Source: Octopus sinensis
Lineage: Eukaryota
DNA: 64,000 nt
NCBI RefSeq assembly: GCF_006345805.1
Contig: NC_043023.1
Location: 10,850,001 to 10,914,000 of the forward strand
Reading direction: 5' to 3'
A program made the translations under genes and the position numbers. Shown here piece by piece: positions 24,983 through 35,008 of this stretch (its first letter is position 1; every line of letters starts with the position of its first letter). The notes below the pieces were generated by a model, which saw only the letters and a program-made list of their open reading frames with translations, searched no databases and had not been told where the DNA came from.

Positions 24983-25445
24983 GGATCTTTTCTAAAAGAT
25001 GGACAGAATTTCCTACTTAACTAAATAATTTTAACCTTCGTATACTGGTAGAATGTGTCAAAAGAAAACATTAATTTCAATTAGTTTTTTGGAGAAAAAT
25101 GTATTTTCTAACTTTTACATAGTTTAATTCTTCGAATTTTAACCAATCGTAATCTTAGGTAATCGGTCCGTAAGTCAGGGATGACATTGAAATAAACAAG
25201 CCTTTGAAGACAGAAAACAGAAGACTGATAAGAATGAATAACACGGCAGCAAATGAATTCAGCTCAAAACAGAGAATACGATTGGTTAAAATTCGAAGAA
25301 CTAAACTACGTAAAAGTTAGAAAATACATTTTTCTCCAAAAAACTAATTGAAATTAATGTTTTCTTTTGACACATTCTACCAGTATACGAAGTTTCAAAT
25401 TATTTAGTTAAGTAGGAAATTCTGTTCATCTTTTAGAAAAGATCC
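24983..25445. mobile_element. MITE with ~185-bp terminal inverted repeats
   Basis: GGATCTTTTCTAAAAGATGG...AACCAATCGTA is mirrored by TACGATTGGTT...TTTTAGAAAAGATCC. Related single arms occur at 28070-28275 and 55955-56165. Confidence 0.8.
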
Positions 25446-26443
25446 ACCTTGAAATTCTGTCCATCTTTTAGAAAAGATCCACCTTTTAAGGTAGCTCCTG
25501 TGGAGGGCTCTTCATTGTGTTTCATTTGTTACCTCGGCTCAATAGTTCCGTGTGATGTTTTAATACTTGACATAACAGGATCTAATCAAGTTCAGAACCT
25601 CACTGCACATTCTCTCATGTTGTTATTTCACCCAAGTTACCAAATTCACTGCCTTTGTTCGTAGGTCATTCAACCCGTTAGAAATAACAGCCAAATACCC
25701 CTCAAATTACAACCATCTCTGTTTTCAAAATTGATACATTTGTAGTGGTCTCTGATATCCTCACTTATTTCACGCCACATGTCAACCAATCAGGTCAGTG
25801 GTCACAACAGGAACAACTTGGCCAAAGATGGCTGTAATCTATCTATCTATTTATCTATCTATCTGTCTATCTATCTCATTTTGTTTCTTTTTTCATTTCT
25901 TCTTTTTCATATTTATTTTTCTACGAAATGGAAAAAAAAAATTGAAATTAAACATAAACGACTCAAATTTCCAAAACTGAATTGCCAACGACACCAACAC
26001 CAACAACAACAACAACAAATTTTAAAACGTTTCCCCGAACTTCAAAAAAAAAAAAAATCACCTTGGCGTTTGAATTTGTGAACGTTGCTGACCAACGTCT
26101 CAACAGATCGAATCGGTCCAGCAGCCACTCTCAGCATCATGAAGCACGGGACATAACAACAACAGCAGCGGCAAGAACACCACCGTTATCTGCTGCAGCT
26201 CCTGACGAAACGTCTGTGGCACTTTTAGCTCTCACTGCTAGCGATCACCAAAGCGATTACGCTGGCATAAAAAATACGAACGACCTCAACTGCAGCATCG
26301 GATACGCCAACCCCACCAACAGGGATGTTGACAGCGGCTATTTTGTTAACGGTATATACAAGAGAAAAACCAATGATAACAAATCAAAATCATGGCCCGC
26401 GATTAAGAAAATTATAAAGAAAACAAGAAGAGCAAATTTCCTT

Positions 26444-26569
26444 ATGGATGCTTTAGTTTTCGTTATCAGTATATTTGCAGGAATTCAGCTATCAATGTTG
26501 ATATTCTCTATGTATTACCCTGAAAATTTTCTCAAGTGTTCAGATGTAACTTTCAACACAGAAAATCAG
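26444..26569 (+). CDS. CHSY1: Chondroitin sulfate synthase, exon 1 (signal anchor); start codon uncertain
   Basis: Hydrophobic segment ALVFVISIFAGIQLSMLIFSMYY preceded by a basic stretch; donor CAG|GTAAGT at 26569/26570; phase 0 matches exon 2. Confidence 0.7.
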
Positions 26570-27050
26570 GTAAGTTACTCATTTTATACTCTCTTCAATT
26601 CACAATTTTTGTCTTTTTTTCCGGCATATTTGGCATTGGAATTTTCCTTTTGCCCTTATTTTGCTGGTTCTGACTACGCTGCATTGATAAAGGGCAACAA
26701 CCCTGAAACATGTCTGCAGATGTCTGACTAGCAAGGTGAAGCGGCTGACCTCCCCTGTTCGAAGGTTGTAATGGACGCAGGTTCGTGTGTCATATAGCTA
26801 GCTAGGGGCGGTGGCTTCTTGGAGCTAATCAGCGACAGCTTTAGTCTTATATTTAGACTGCCATATTAGTATGGCGATAACTATTAATATCCAGTAATGC
26901 TGCCGTAATCTCCTTTAGAGAGACTTAGTAATTTTAATATTTCTCTCATTTTGTAAATTATTTATAAATTTAACCTTTAAAGGTATTTTTTGATATGCTG
27001 GCCATTGATTAAATTTTTTTTTCTCGTAAAAAAAAAAATTTTATCCTACA

Positions 27051-27346
27051 TCTTTATATATAAAAGTCAAGTTGTGTGTCTGTCTCCTACGATTTAGATT
27101 CCTAACTACTCCCACATTTTGCGGTGCAGTTTAACCAAAACCGGGTATCTTATAGTCGTCATTCATATCGAGCCCTTCTGGGTATTAGTGTGCGTCTACG
27201 ATGAGTCTACGATTTAAAAAAAAATTTACCATAATTTTTTTTCCATTTTTAATGCATTTTTTTTCTATTTTTTGGCTATAACTCTCTAAAAATGCTTTAT
27301 AGTTATTTCCCTTACAAACCCGAGCAACGCCAGGCGATACTGCTAG
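27051..27346 (+). mobile_element. Non-autonomous Helitron in CHSY intron 1
   Basis: A|TCTTTATATATAAAAG...CCCGAGCAACGCCAGG...CTAG|T. Confidence 0.9.
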
Positions 27347-27540
27347 TTATTTATAAATTTAATAGTGTTCACTTCTGGATTCTCTCACTCGGTGAAAGTT
27401 TCTAGTTCGAATCACACATGTCTCGCGATGTGCCGAAGATTTTCTATTTTGGATATATTTGGGGTACTTAGGTCTGCTCGGGACTTAGTACTTCCTTTTT
27501 CCATGGGTATGAGTAAGTATTTCACTTATATCTCACGTAT

Positions 27541-27601
27541 TTATCGCTGAAGAGGGGAAAATTCTTATGAATTAACCCCGAAATTGGGACCAATACGGTA
27601 A
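27541..27601 (+). ncRNA. Canonical type I hammerhead ribozyme (intronic, sense to CHSY)
   Basis: Stem I TTATCG/CGGTAA; core CTGAAGA; stem II GGGG/CCCC extended by AATTC-ttat-GAATT; GAAA; stem III ATTG-ggac-CAAT; predicted cleavage after AUA at 27595. Confidence 0.75.
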
Positions 27602-28659
27602 TAACGGATTTTTTAAAAATTCCTATCGGTTTGTTTCGAGACGCATAAATTATAATAGTTATTGACAATTTTTGTCTTTTTTTCAGCATATTTGGCATTG
27701 GAATTTTTCTTTGGCCCTTATTTTGTAAATTACATTTTATACTCTCTTTACTCTTTTACTTGTTTCAGTCATTTGACTGTGGCCATGCTGGAGCACCGCC
27801 TTTAGTCGAGCAAATCGACCCCAGGACTTATTCTTTGTAAGCCTAGTACTTATTCTATCGGTCTCTTTTGCCAAACTGCTAAGTTTACTATTTTACTTGT
27901 TTCAGGCATTTGACTGTGGTCATGCTGGAGCACCGCCTTTAGTCGAGCAAATCGACCCCAGGACTTATTCTTTGTAAGCCCAGTACTTATTCTATCGGTC
28001 TCTTTTGCCGAACCACTAAGTTTACTCTTTTACTTGTTTCAGTCATGTTGTCTCAGTTTTAGATGCAGTAAATCATTTTAGCTCAATAGAGGCAATTGAT
28101 TGGTTAAAATTCGAAAAATTAAACTACGTTAAACAAACAAATTACAATTTTATCAAGAAAGCCAAGAGAAAAAAATGTTTTATTTTGACACATTCTACCA
28201 GTATACGAAGTTTTAAAGTGTTTAGTTAACTAGAAATTGTGTTGACATGTGCCGTTCAAACGGAAAAGATCCCCCTGGTTTACTATTTTGCCTGTGTGGA
28301 CCACCACGGTTCGTATGAACTCCAGTTGAGAACCACTGTTCTTTAAAATGTGAATATCCGTATGGTCCCTCCACAATAAGAAACCTGTTCTGTTTTAGAC
28401 CCTTCTTTCCTACTTTGACCGGGCATCTCCTTATACAAAGCCTTCTCTCTCAAGGTTCGTACTCCTGCAAGCTGCAAGGCAATCTCATCGGTAGCAGTAT
28501 GTAAAAGGTATCCAGTAGTAGAAACCATGCCAAAGCAGGTATTGGAGAGGAGGTGTTAGTGTTTGGGCCTCTTGGGTCCCATGAAACCATTCGGCCCACG
28601 TCAGAATGGAACATGAAGGTTAAATGATAAGGGCGACGGTAAGGAGGAAGATGGGGATG

Positions 28660-28960
28660 AGGATTGATAATAATAATGATGATGAAGATGGTTGTGGTGA
28701 TGGAGATGATGACGAGGAGGAAGGAGAAGAGGAGGAATATGAGATGATGATAACGATTATGATGATGATGATGATTTTGACAATAACGATGATGATGATG
28801 ATGATGATGATAGTGATGATGATGATGATGATGATGACTGATGACGATGATGATGATGATGACGATGATGATGATGATGATGATAGTGATGATGATGATG
28901 GCGATGATTTTGGCAATGATGACGACGACGGCGATGATGATGATGATGATGATGATAATA
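28660..28960. repeat. (GAT)n trinucleotide microsatellite immediately upstream of CHSY exon 2
   Basis: Direct reading. Confidence 0.95.
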
Positions 28961-28998
28961 ATATATTTTTTCTCGTTCTCTTTCATAACATCACCAAG

Positions 28999-29476
28999 GC
29001 TTCGATTCCTCCTTTCGTCGAAGAACTCGGAGATTTCCATTTCAACCCGGGGCCCAAGAAAAAACTCGTTTTGGTGAGCGTCATGACGAGTTCGCAGTAT
29101 TTCAATAACCGCGACTGGGCCATCCGAATGACGTGGCTGAAATCGATCCCTGGCGACGTGGTCTTCTTCGTCGGCAACAGCACAGATCCAGCTCCTCCCG
29201 GGATGCCCCTAGTGAGGCTGAATCGCGTACCAGACAACGTCTACCCGCCGCAGGGCAAAGTATTCGAGATGTTGAAATATATACACGAAAACCATGCGGA
29301 TAAATACGAGTATTTCATCCGTGCTGATGATGACGTGTTTATAAAGGGCCAAGAACTCGGAAGTTTGTTCAGGTCCTTAAACAGCGACGAGAAGATCTAC
29401 ATGGGCCATTACGGTCAAGGGGTTCCTGAGGAGATCGGAAAACTAGGGATTGGAAAGAGTTACTGGTACTGCATAG
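28999..29476 (+). CDS. CHSY1: Chondroitin sulfate synthase, exon 2 (N-terminal glycosyltransferase domain)
   Basis: VSVMTS...TWLKSIPG...YPPQGKVFEMLKY...KYEYFIRADDDVFIKG...RSLNS matches the CHSY family (DDD motif). Acceptor AG at 28997-28998 is inferred from phase; donor G|GTAAGT, phase 1. Confidence 0.9.
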
Positions 29477-29479
29477 GTA

Positions 29480-30160
29480 AGTGGTTGTTGTTGTTGTTGT
29501 CGCTGCTGTGGTGATAATTTGTGGTGGTGGTGGTGGTAGTTCTGATTGTTGTGTGGGGTGGCAGTGTTGGTGGTGGTGGTGATGGTGGCGGTGTTGCGTG
29601 CGGTGGCAGTGGTGGTGGTGATGGTGATGGTGGTAGTTGTGATGGTGTTGTGTGCAGTGGCAGTGTTGGTGGTGGTGGTGATGGTGGTGATGGTGGTGGT
29701 GGTGGTGTTGTGTGCGGTGGCAGGGTTGGTGGTGGTGGTGATGATGGTGATGTTGTGTGCGGTGGCAGTGTTGGTGGTGGTGGCGGTGATGGTGGTAGTT
29801 GTGATGGTGTTGTGTGCAGTGGGAGTGTTGGTGGTGGTGGTGATGGTGGTAATGGTGGTGATGGTGGTGGTGGTGGTGGTGGTGTTGTGTGCGGTGGCAG
29901 TGTTGGTGGTGGTGGTGGTGGTGGTGGTGGTGGTGTTGTGTGCGGTGGCAGTGTTGGGGGTGGTGGTGATGGTGGTAATGGTGGTGATGGTGGTGGTGGT
30001 GGTGGTGTTGTGTGCAGTGGCAGTGTTTGTGGTGGTGGTGGTGGCGGTGATGGTGATGGTGGTAGTTGTGATGGTGTTGTGTCCGGTGGCAGAGTTGTTG
30101 CTGTTGTTGTTGTTGTTGCTGTTGCTGTTGTTGGTCGTGGTGGTGGTGGAAGTGGTGTTT
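29480..30160. repeat. GGT/GTT-rich minisatellite (core GTGTTGTGTGCGGTGGCAGTGTTGGTGGTGG)
   Basis: Direct reading; intronic, beginning right after the exon 2 donor. Confidence 0.9.
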
Positions 30161-30289
30161 GGGATACCTTGAGATGCAAAGGTTCCGTTTTGGATTTGGA
30201 GATAATCTGCAAGGGACCACAACTGATTATTTTGTGATCTTCAAAACAAAACAAAAAGAAATAATACTGTGTAACAAAATTTTTATTTT

Positions 30290-32200
30290 ACTCTTTACTC
30301 TTTTACTTGTTTCAGTCATTTGACTGCGGCCATGCTGGAGCACCGCCTTTAGTCGAGCAAATCGACCCCGGGACTTATTCTTTTGTAAGCCCAGTACTTA
30401 TTCTATCGGTCTCTTTTGCCGAACCGCTAAGTGATGGGGACGTAAACACACCAGCATCGGTTGTCAAGCAATGCTAGGGGGACAACCACAGACACACAAA
30501 CACACACACATACATACATATATATATATACATATATACGACAGGCTTCTTTCAGTTTCCGTCTACCAAATCCACTCACAACGCATTGGTCGGGCCGGGG
30601 ATATAGCAAGACACTTGCCCAAGATGCCACGCAGTGGGACTGAATCCGGAACCATGTGGTTGGTTAGCAAGCTACTTACCATACAGCCACTCCTGCGCCT
30701 TTATTCATTTTATTCATTTATTTAATTATTTATTTTGCCTTTTGTCAGTAAGTATTGTTTCCTATTTGCTTCTATCAGTAATCCCTGCAGATGTTCCCTT
30801 CTAGTTCTTGATCAGAGATGTACATATCGGCAGCCACGAAGGATCATGCTGAGCTGGTTAAGGTCAAGCAATAGACAAGCCAATCTCTGGTATTGAACAG
30901 AATATTTGCTGTACTCTTTTACTTGTTTCAGTCATTTGACTGCGACCATGCTGGAGCACTGCCTTTAGTCGAGCAAATCGACCCCGGGACTTATTCTTTT
31001 GCAAGCCCAATACTTATTCTATCGGTCTCTTTTGCCGAACCGTTAAGTTTACTCTTTTACTTGTTTCAGTCATTTGACTGCGGCCATGCTCGAGCACCGC
31101 CTTTAGTCGAGCAAATCGACCCCGGGACTTATTCTTTTGTAAGCCCAGTACTTATTCTATCGGTCTCTTTTGCCGAACCGCTAAGTGATGGGGACGTAAA
31201 CACACCAGCATCGGTTGTCAAGCAATGCTAGGGGGACAACCACAGACACACAAACACACACACATACATACATATATATATATACATATATACGACAGGC
31301 TTCTTTCAGTTTCCGTCTACCAAATCCACTCACAACGCATTGGTCGGGCCGGGGATATAGCAAGACACTTGCCCAAGATGCCACGCAGTGGGACTGAATC
31401 CGGAACCATGTGGTTGGTTAGCAAGCTACTTACCACACAGCCACTCCTGCGCCTTTATTCATTTTATTCATTTATTTAATTATTTATTTTGCCTTTTGTC
31501 AGTAAGTATTGTTTCCTATTTGCTTCTATCTGTAATCCCTGCAGATGTTCCCTTCTAGTTCTTGATCAGAGATGTACATATCGGCAGCCACGAAGGATCA
31601 TGCTGAGCTGGTTAAGGTCAAGCAATAGACAAGCCAATCTCTGGTATTGAACAGAATATTTGCTGTACTCTTTTACTTGTTTCAGTCATTTGACTGCGAC
31701 CATGCTGGAGCACTGCCTTTAGTCGAGCAAATCGACCCCGGGACTTATTCTTTTGCAAGCCCAATACTTATTCTATCGGTCTCTTTTGCCGAACCGTTAA
31801 GTTTACTCTTTTACTTGTTTCAGTCATTTGACTGCGGCCATGCTCGAGCACCGCCTTTAGTCGAGCAAATCGACCCCGGGACTTATTCTTTTGTAAGCCC
31901 AGCACTTATTCTATCAGTCTCTTTTGCCGAACCGCTAAGTAACGGGGACATAAACACACCAGCATCGGTTGTCAAGCAATGCTAGGGGGACAAACACAGA
32001 CACACAAACACACACACGCGTAAATATATATATACATATATACAACAGGCTTCTTTCAGTTTCCGTCTACCAAATCTACTCACAAGGCTTTGGTCGGCCT
32101 GAGGCTATAGCAGAAGACACTTGCCCAAGATGCCACGCAGTGGGACTGAACCCGGAACCATGTGGTTGGTAAGCAAGCTACTTATCACACAGCCACTCCT
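30290..32200. repeat. 754-bp tandem duplication with breakpoints in family-A SINEs
   Basis: Near-identical ORFs at 30427/31181, 30461/31215 and 30893/31647 (offset 754); the unique spacer is repeated at ~30690-30910 and ~31445-31665. Confidence 0.9.
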
Positions 32201-32318
32201 GCGCCTCGTAGTCCACTTTTTTTTTTACACCAAGACAAAACATGTACATGATAACACTTGCAATCAGTTAAGATCAGAAGCCATGACAGCCAGTGCCTGG
32301 TACTGCAGCAGGACAATA

Positions 32319-32359
<41 letters not shown>

Positions 32360-33060
32360 TATGTTTGACTTTTGCTTTATATTTGCACAAGCTGGCTCCA
32401 AGTCTCACCCAGAGACCTCAAGTTGGAAGTCCATGTTGGTGTTATGCCTAGGGTGCCATATATTTGGTTTTGTACTTAGTGTTGTACTAGTGGATGTTCA
32501 AGAAACCATAAGAAAATTATGTTGGTTTTAAAACTTGAGATTACACAGAAAGTATTTTGCGTAGGATATGGGCAGTTCCCGTGAGCACTATCTTTTGAAT
32601 TTCTGCCATTTTGGGGTTTCCTGGTATCTGAGCTAGGTAGCAATCAATCCCTTTTGCTTTCATTCTCAGGGCACCTATGACAACAGGTATTGTTTTAGTC
32701 TTCAGGTTCCGCATTTTGCTGATTTCTATTTCAAGATCTTTATATTTGCTCAGTTTTTGGTAGGTCTTGACAGATACGTTTATGTCGATTGGGACAGTCA
32801 TATCAATGAGGAGGCATGTTCTTTGTCTGAAGTCTTTCAATATGATGTCTGGCCTATTTGCATCTATCTTTTTGTCAGTTTGAATGATGACGTTCCAGAG
32901 AAGTGAAATGTGGTCATTTTCAAGCACTGGAGGTGGTTTGTGTTCCCACCAGTTTTTTTCATGGGGCAAATCCAGATTTTTGCAAATTACCCAGTGAATA
33001 TATTGTGCAGCTCTATCGTGCCTGTTGAGATGCTCTCTAGGCACTAGAAGACGTTTCATG
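32360..33060 (-). mobile_element. R4/Dong-like non-LTR retrotransposon, 3' fragment (restriction-like endonuclease)
   Basis: RHDRAAQYIHW...NRPDIILKD...LIDMTVPID.N...KLSKYKDL is the RLE-domain pattern. The fragment is bounded by (TAA)n on both sides. Confidence 0.85.
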
Positions 33061-33082
33061 TTATTATTATTATTATTATTAT

Positions 33083-33832
33083 GTTTTTTCCTTCTTTCTT
33101 CAAATTTTCTTCCGTTTCTTGCCGAGTGTTTTCCATACACTGAGGGCAGAGAAGGGCATTGTATGCATTCCCAGATTACACGCGCAAATTCACAGATAAA
33201 ATATGTATTTAAAAATTCATAAATAAATAAATTCATGAATGGATGTTATTTTCACAGCAATAGTGCTCTTCTCAGTACATGAGCCGTTCCAGTTAATACG
33301 ATTTTTGCACTTCCTGTAGGGATGGTAAGCCTGGAATCATTTTCAAATAGGTTTCAGTACCTTTTTTTTATCATTCCTAGAGATCCTACAATCACTGGTA
33401 CTGTAGTCGCCTTGAGATGCCACATTTTTCCAATTTCTATTAGCAGGTCTTTATATTTACTAATCTTGTCAAATTCTTTCGCCGCTATATTGTAATCACA
33501 GGGAATACTCATGTCAATTAATAAACACATCCTTTTTGTCTGATCTTTTACAATGGTATCCGGTTTATTAGCTTTTATAGTCCTGTCGGTCTGCACGGGG
33601 AAGTCCCATAAAATCGACACATTTTCTCCCTCAGTCACAGCTTCAGGATGATGTTTATACCATTTGTCAGCGGATTTGATTTTATAATGCCGAAATATTG
33701 TCCAGTGTAAATACTGGCCGACTCTGTCATGTCTTGCTTTATATTCTGCAGGTGCTAAGACTCTACACTCTGAGATTAGGTGGTCTATTGTTTCAATCTC
33801 ATCGTTACAGAATTGGCATTTTGTGTCAGCTT
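33083..33832 (-). mobile_element. Second R4/Dong-like 3' fragment (CCHC knuckle plus RLE), diverged family
   Basis: KCQFCNDEIETIDHLISEC...RHDRVGQYLHW...NKPDTIVKD...LIDMSIP...KISKYKDL, frameshifted near the end; (TAA)n at both junctions. Confidence 0.85.
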
Positions 33833-34112
33833 ATTATTATCATTATTATTATTATTACTGTGAAGCTGTGAGCTGGCAGAATTGTTAGTATGCCGGGGAA
33901 AATGCTTAGAGGCATTTCATTCGTGTTTACGTTCTGAGTTCAAATTCCACTCAGGTCGACTTTTTCCTTTCATCCTTACGGGGGCAATAAATAAAGTACT
34001 AATGAAATACTGAGGTCGATGTACCCCCAAAATTTCAGGTCATGTGCCTATAATAGAAAGGATTATTGTTGTTGTTGTTGTTGTCGTCATCATCTTCATT
34101 ATCATTCTACAG

Positions 34113-34267
34113 GTGGCCCAGGGGTTATATTTAGTCACAAAGCACTGAAAGTGTTGGCCCCAAATCTGGACAATTGCAAAGGAGACACTGCCACGACCCA
34201 TGAAGACACTGAATTAGGTAGATGTGTGGAAAATTACCTGAAAGTTCAATGCAAATCAAACAGAAAG
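34113..34267 (+). CDS. CHSY1: Chondroitin sulfate synthase, exon 3
   Basis: (G)GPGVIFSHKAL...TTHEDTELGRCV matches the family motif GGPGV...THEDVEVGRCV. Acceptor TACAG|, donor AAG|GTAAAA; phases 1 and 0 are consistent. Confidence 0.92.
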
Positions 34268-34279
34268 GTAAAACTTTGT

Positions 34280-34616
34280 CTATCGCTCTATCTATCTACC
34301 TGTCTATCTATCTATCTATTCATCCACCTATTGATCTATCTGTTTGTCTGTCTATCTATTTATCTATCTATCCATCCATTAATTGATCTATTTTTCTGTC
34401 TGTCTATATATCTCTCTCCCCACCTCTTTCTACCTATCAATCTAGCTAACTAGCTATTGACCTGTCTGTCTATCTATTTATCTATCTACCTGTCTGTCTG
34501 TCTGTCCATCTATCTTTCTATCTATCTATCTATTGATCCATTTCTCAATCTATCTGTCTACCTACCTATCTATCTGTCTGTCTGTCTAACTATATCTATC
34601 TATATATCTATCTATC

Positions 34617-34679
<63 letters not shown>

Positions 34680-34712
34680 TTGATAGGCAGATAGATAGAT
34701 AATTAGATTAGT

Positions 34713-34772
<60 letters not shown>

Positions 34773-34871
34773 TATATATATAATATATATATATATATAT
34801 CTACTAATCTAATTATCTAGCTACCCATCAATCTCTCTCTCTCACTATATATATATATATATACATGCATA

Positions 34872-34924
<53 letters not shown>

Positions 34925-34930
34925 ATATAT
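34280..34930. repeat. (TCTA)n, (GA)n and (TA)n microsatellites containing an inverted repeat
   Basis: 34648-34725 is mirrored by 34790-34850. Confidence 0.85.
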
Positions 34931-35008
34931 ATATATATATACATACATACATACATACACACACACACACTCACATATGTACTTTTGTATCTTTTTTTTT
35001 TTGTGCAG

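Noticed and set aside
28343-28620. Minus-strand frames with LIVEGPYG and ATDEIALQLAG
   Set aside because: Short and interrupted by a stop; a resemblance to ferric-reductase GPYG is too weak without a search.
28624-28998. Extending CHSY exon 2 upstream through the poly-Asp frame
   Set aside because: The signal-anchor exon at 26444-26569 splices in phase to 28999. The poly-D run is a (GAT)n microsatellite, although an alternative acceptor cannot be excluded without RNA data.
28450-30254. Poly-D/M/I/H/T/P/G ORFs, including a mucin- or extensin-like 264-aa frame
   Set aside because: Trinucleotide and GGT satellites inside CHSY introns; only 28999-29476 is coding, as shown by splice phase and homology.
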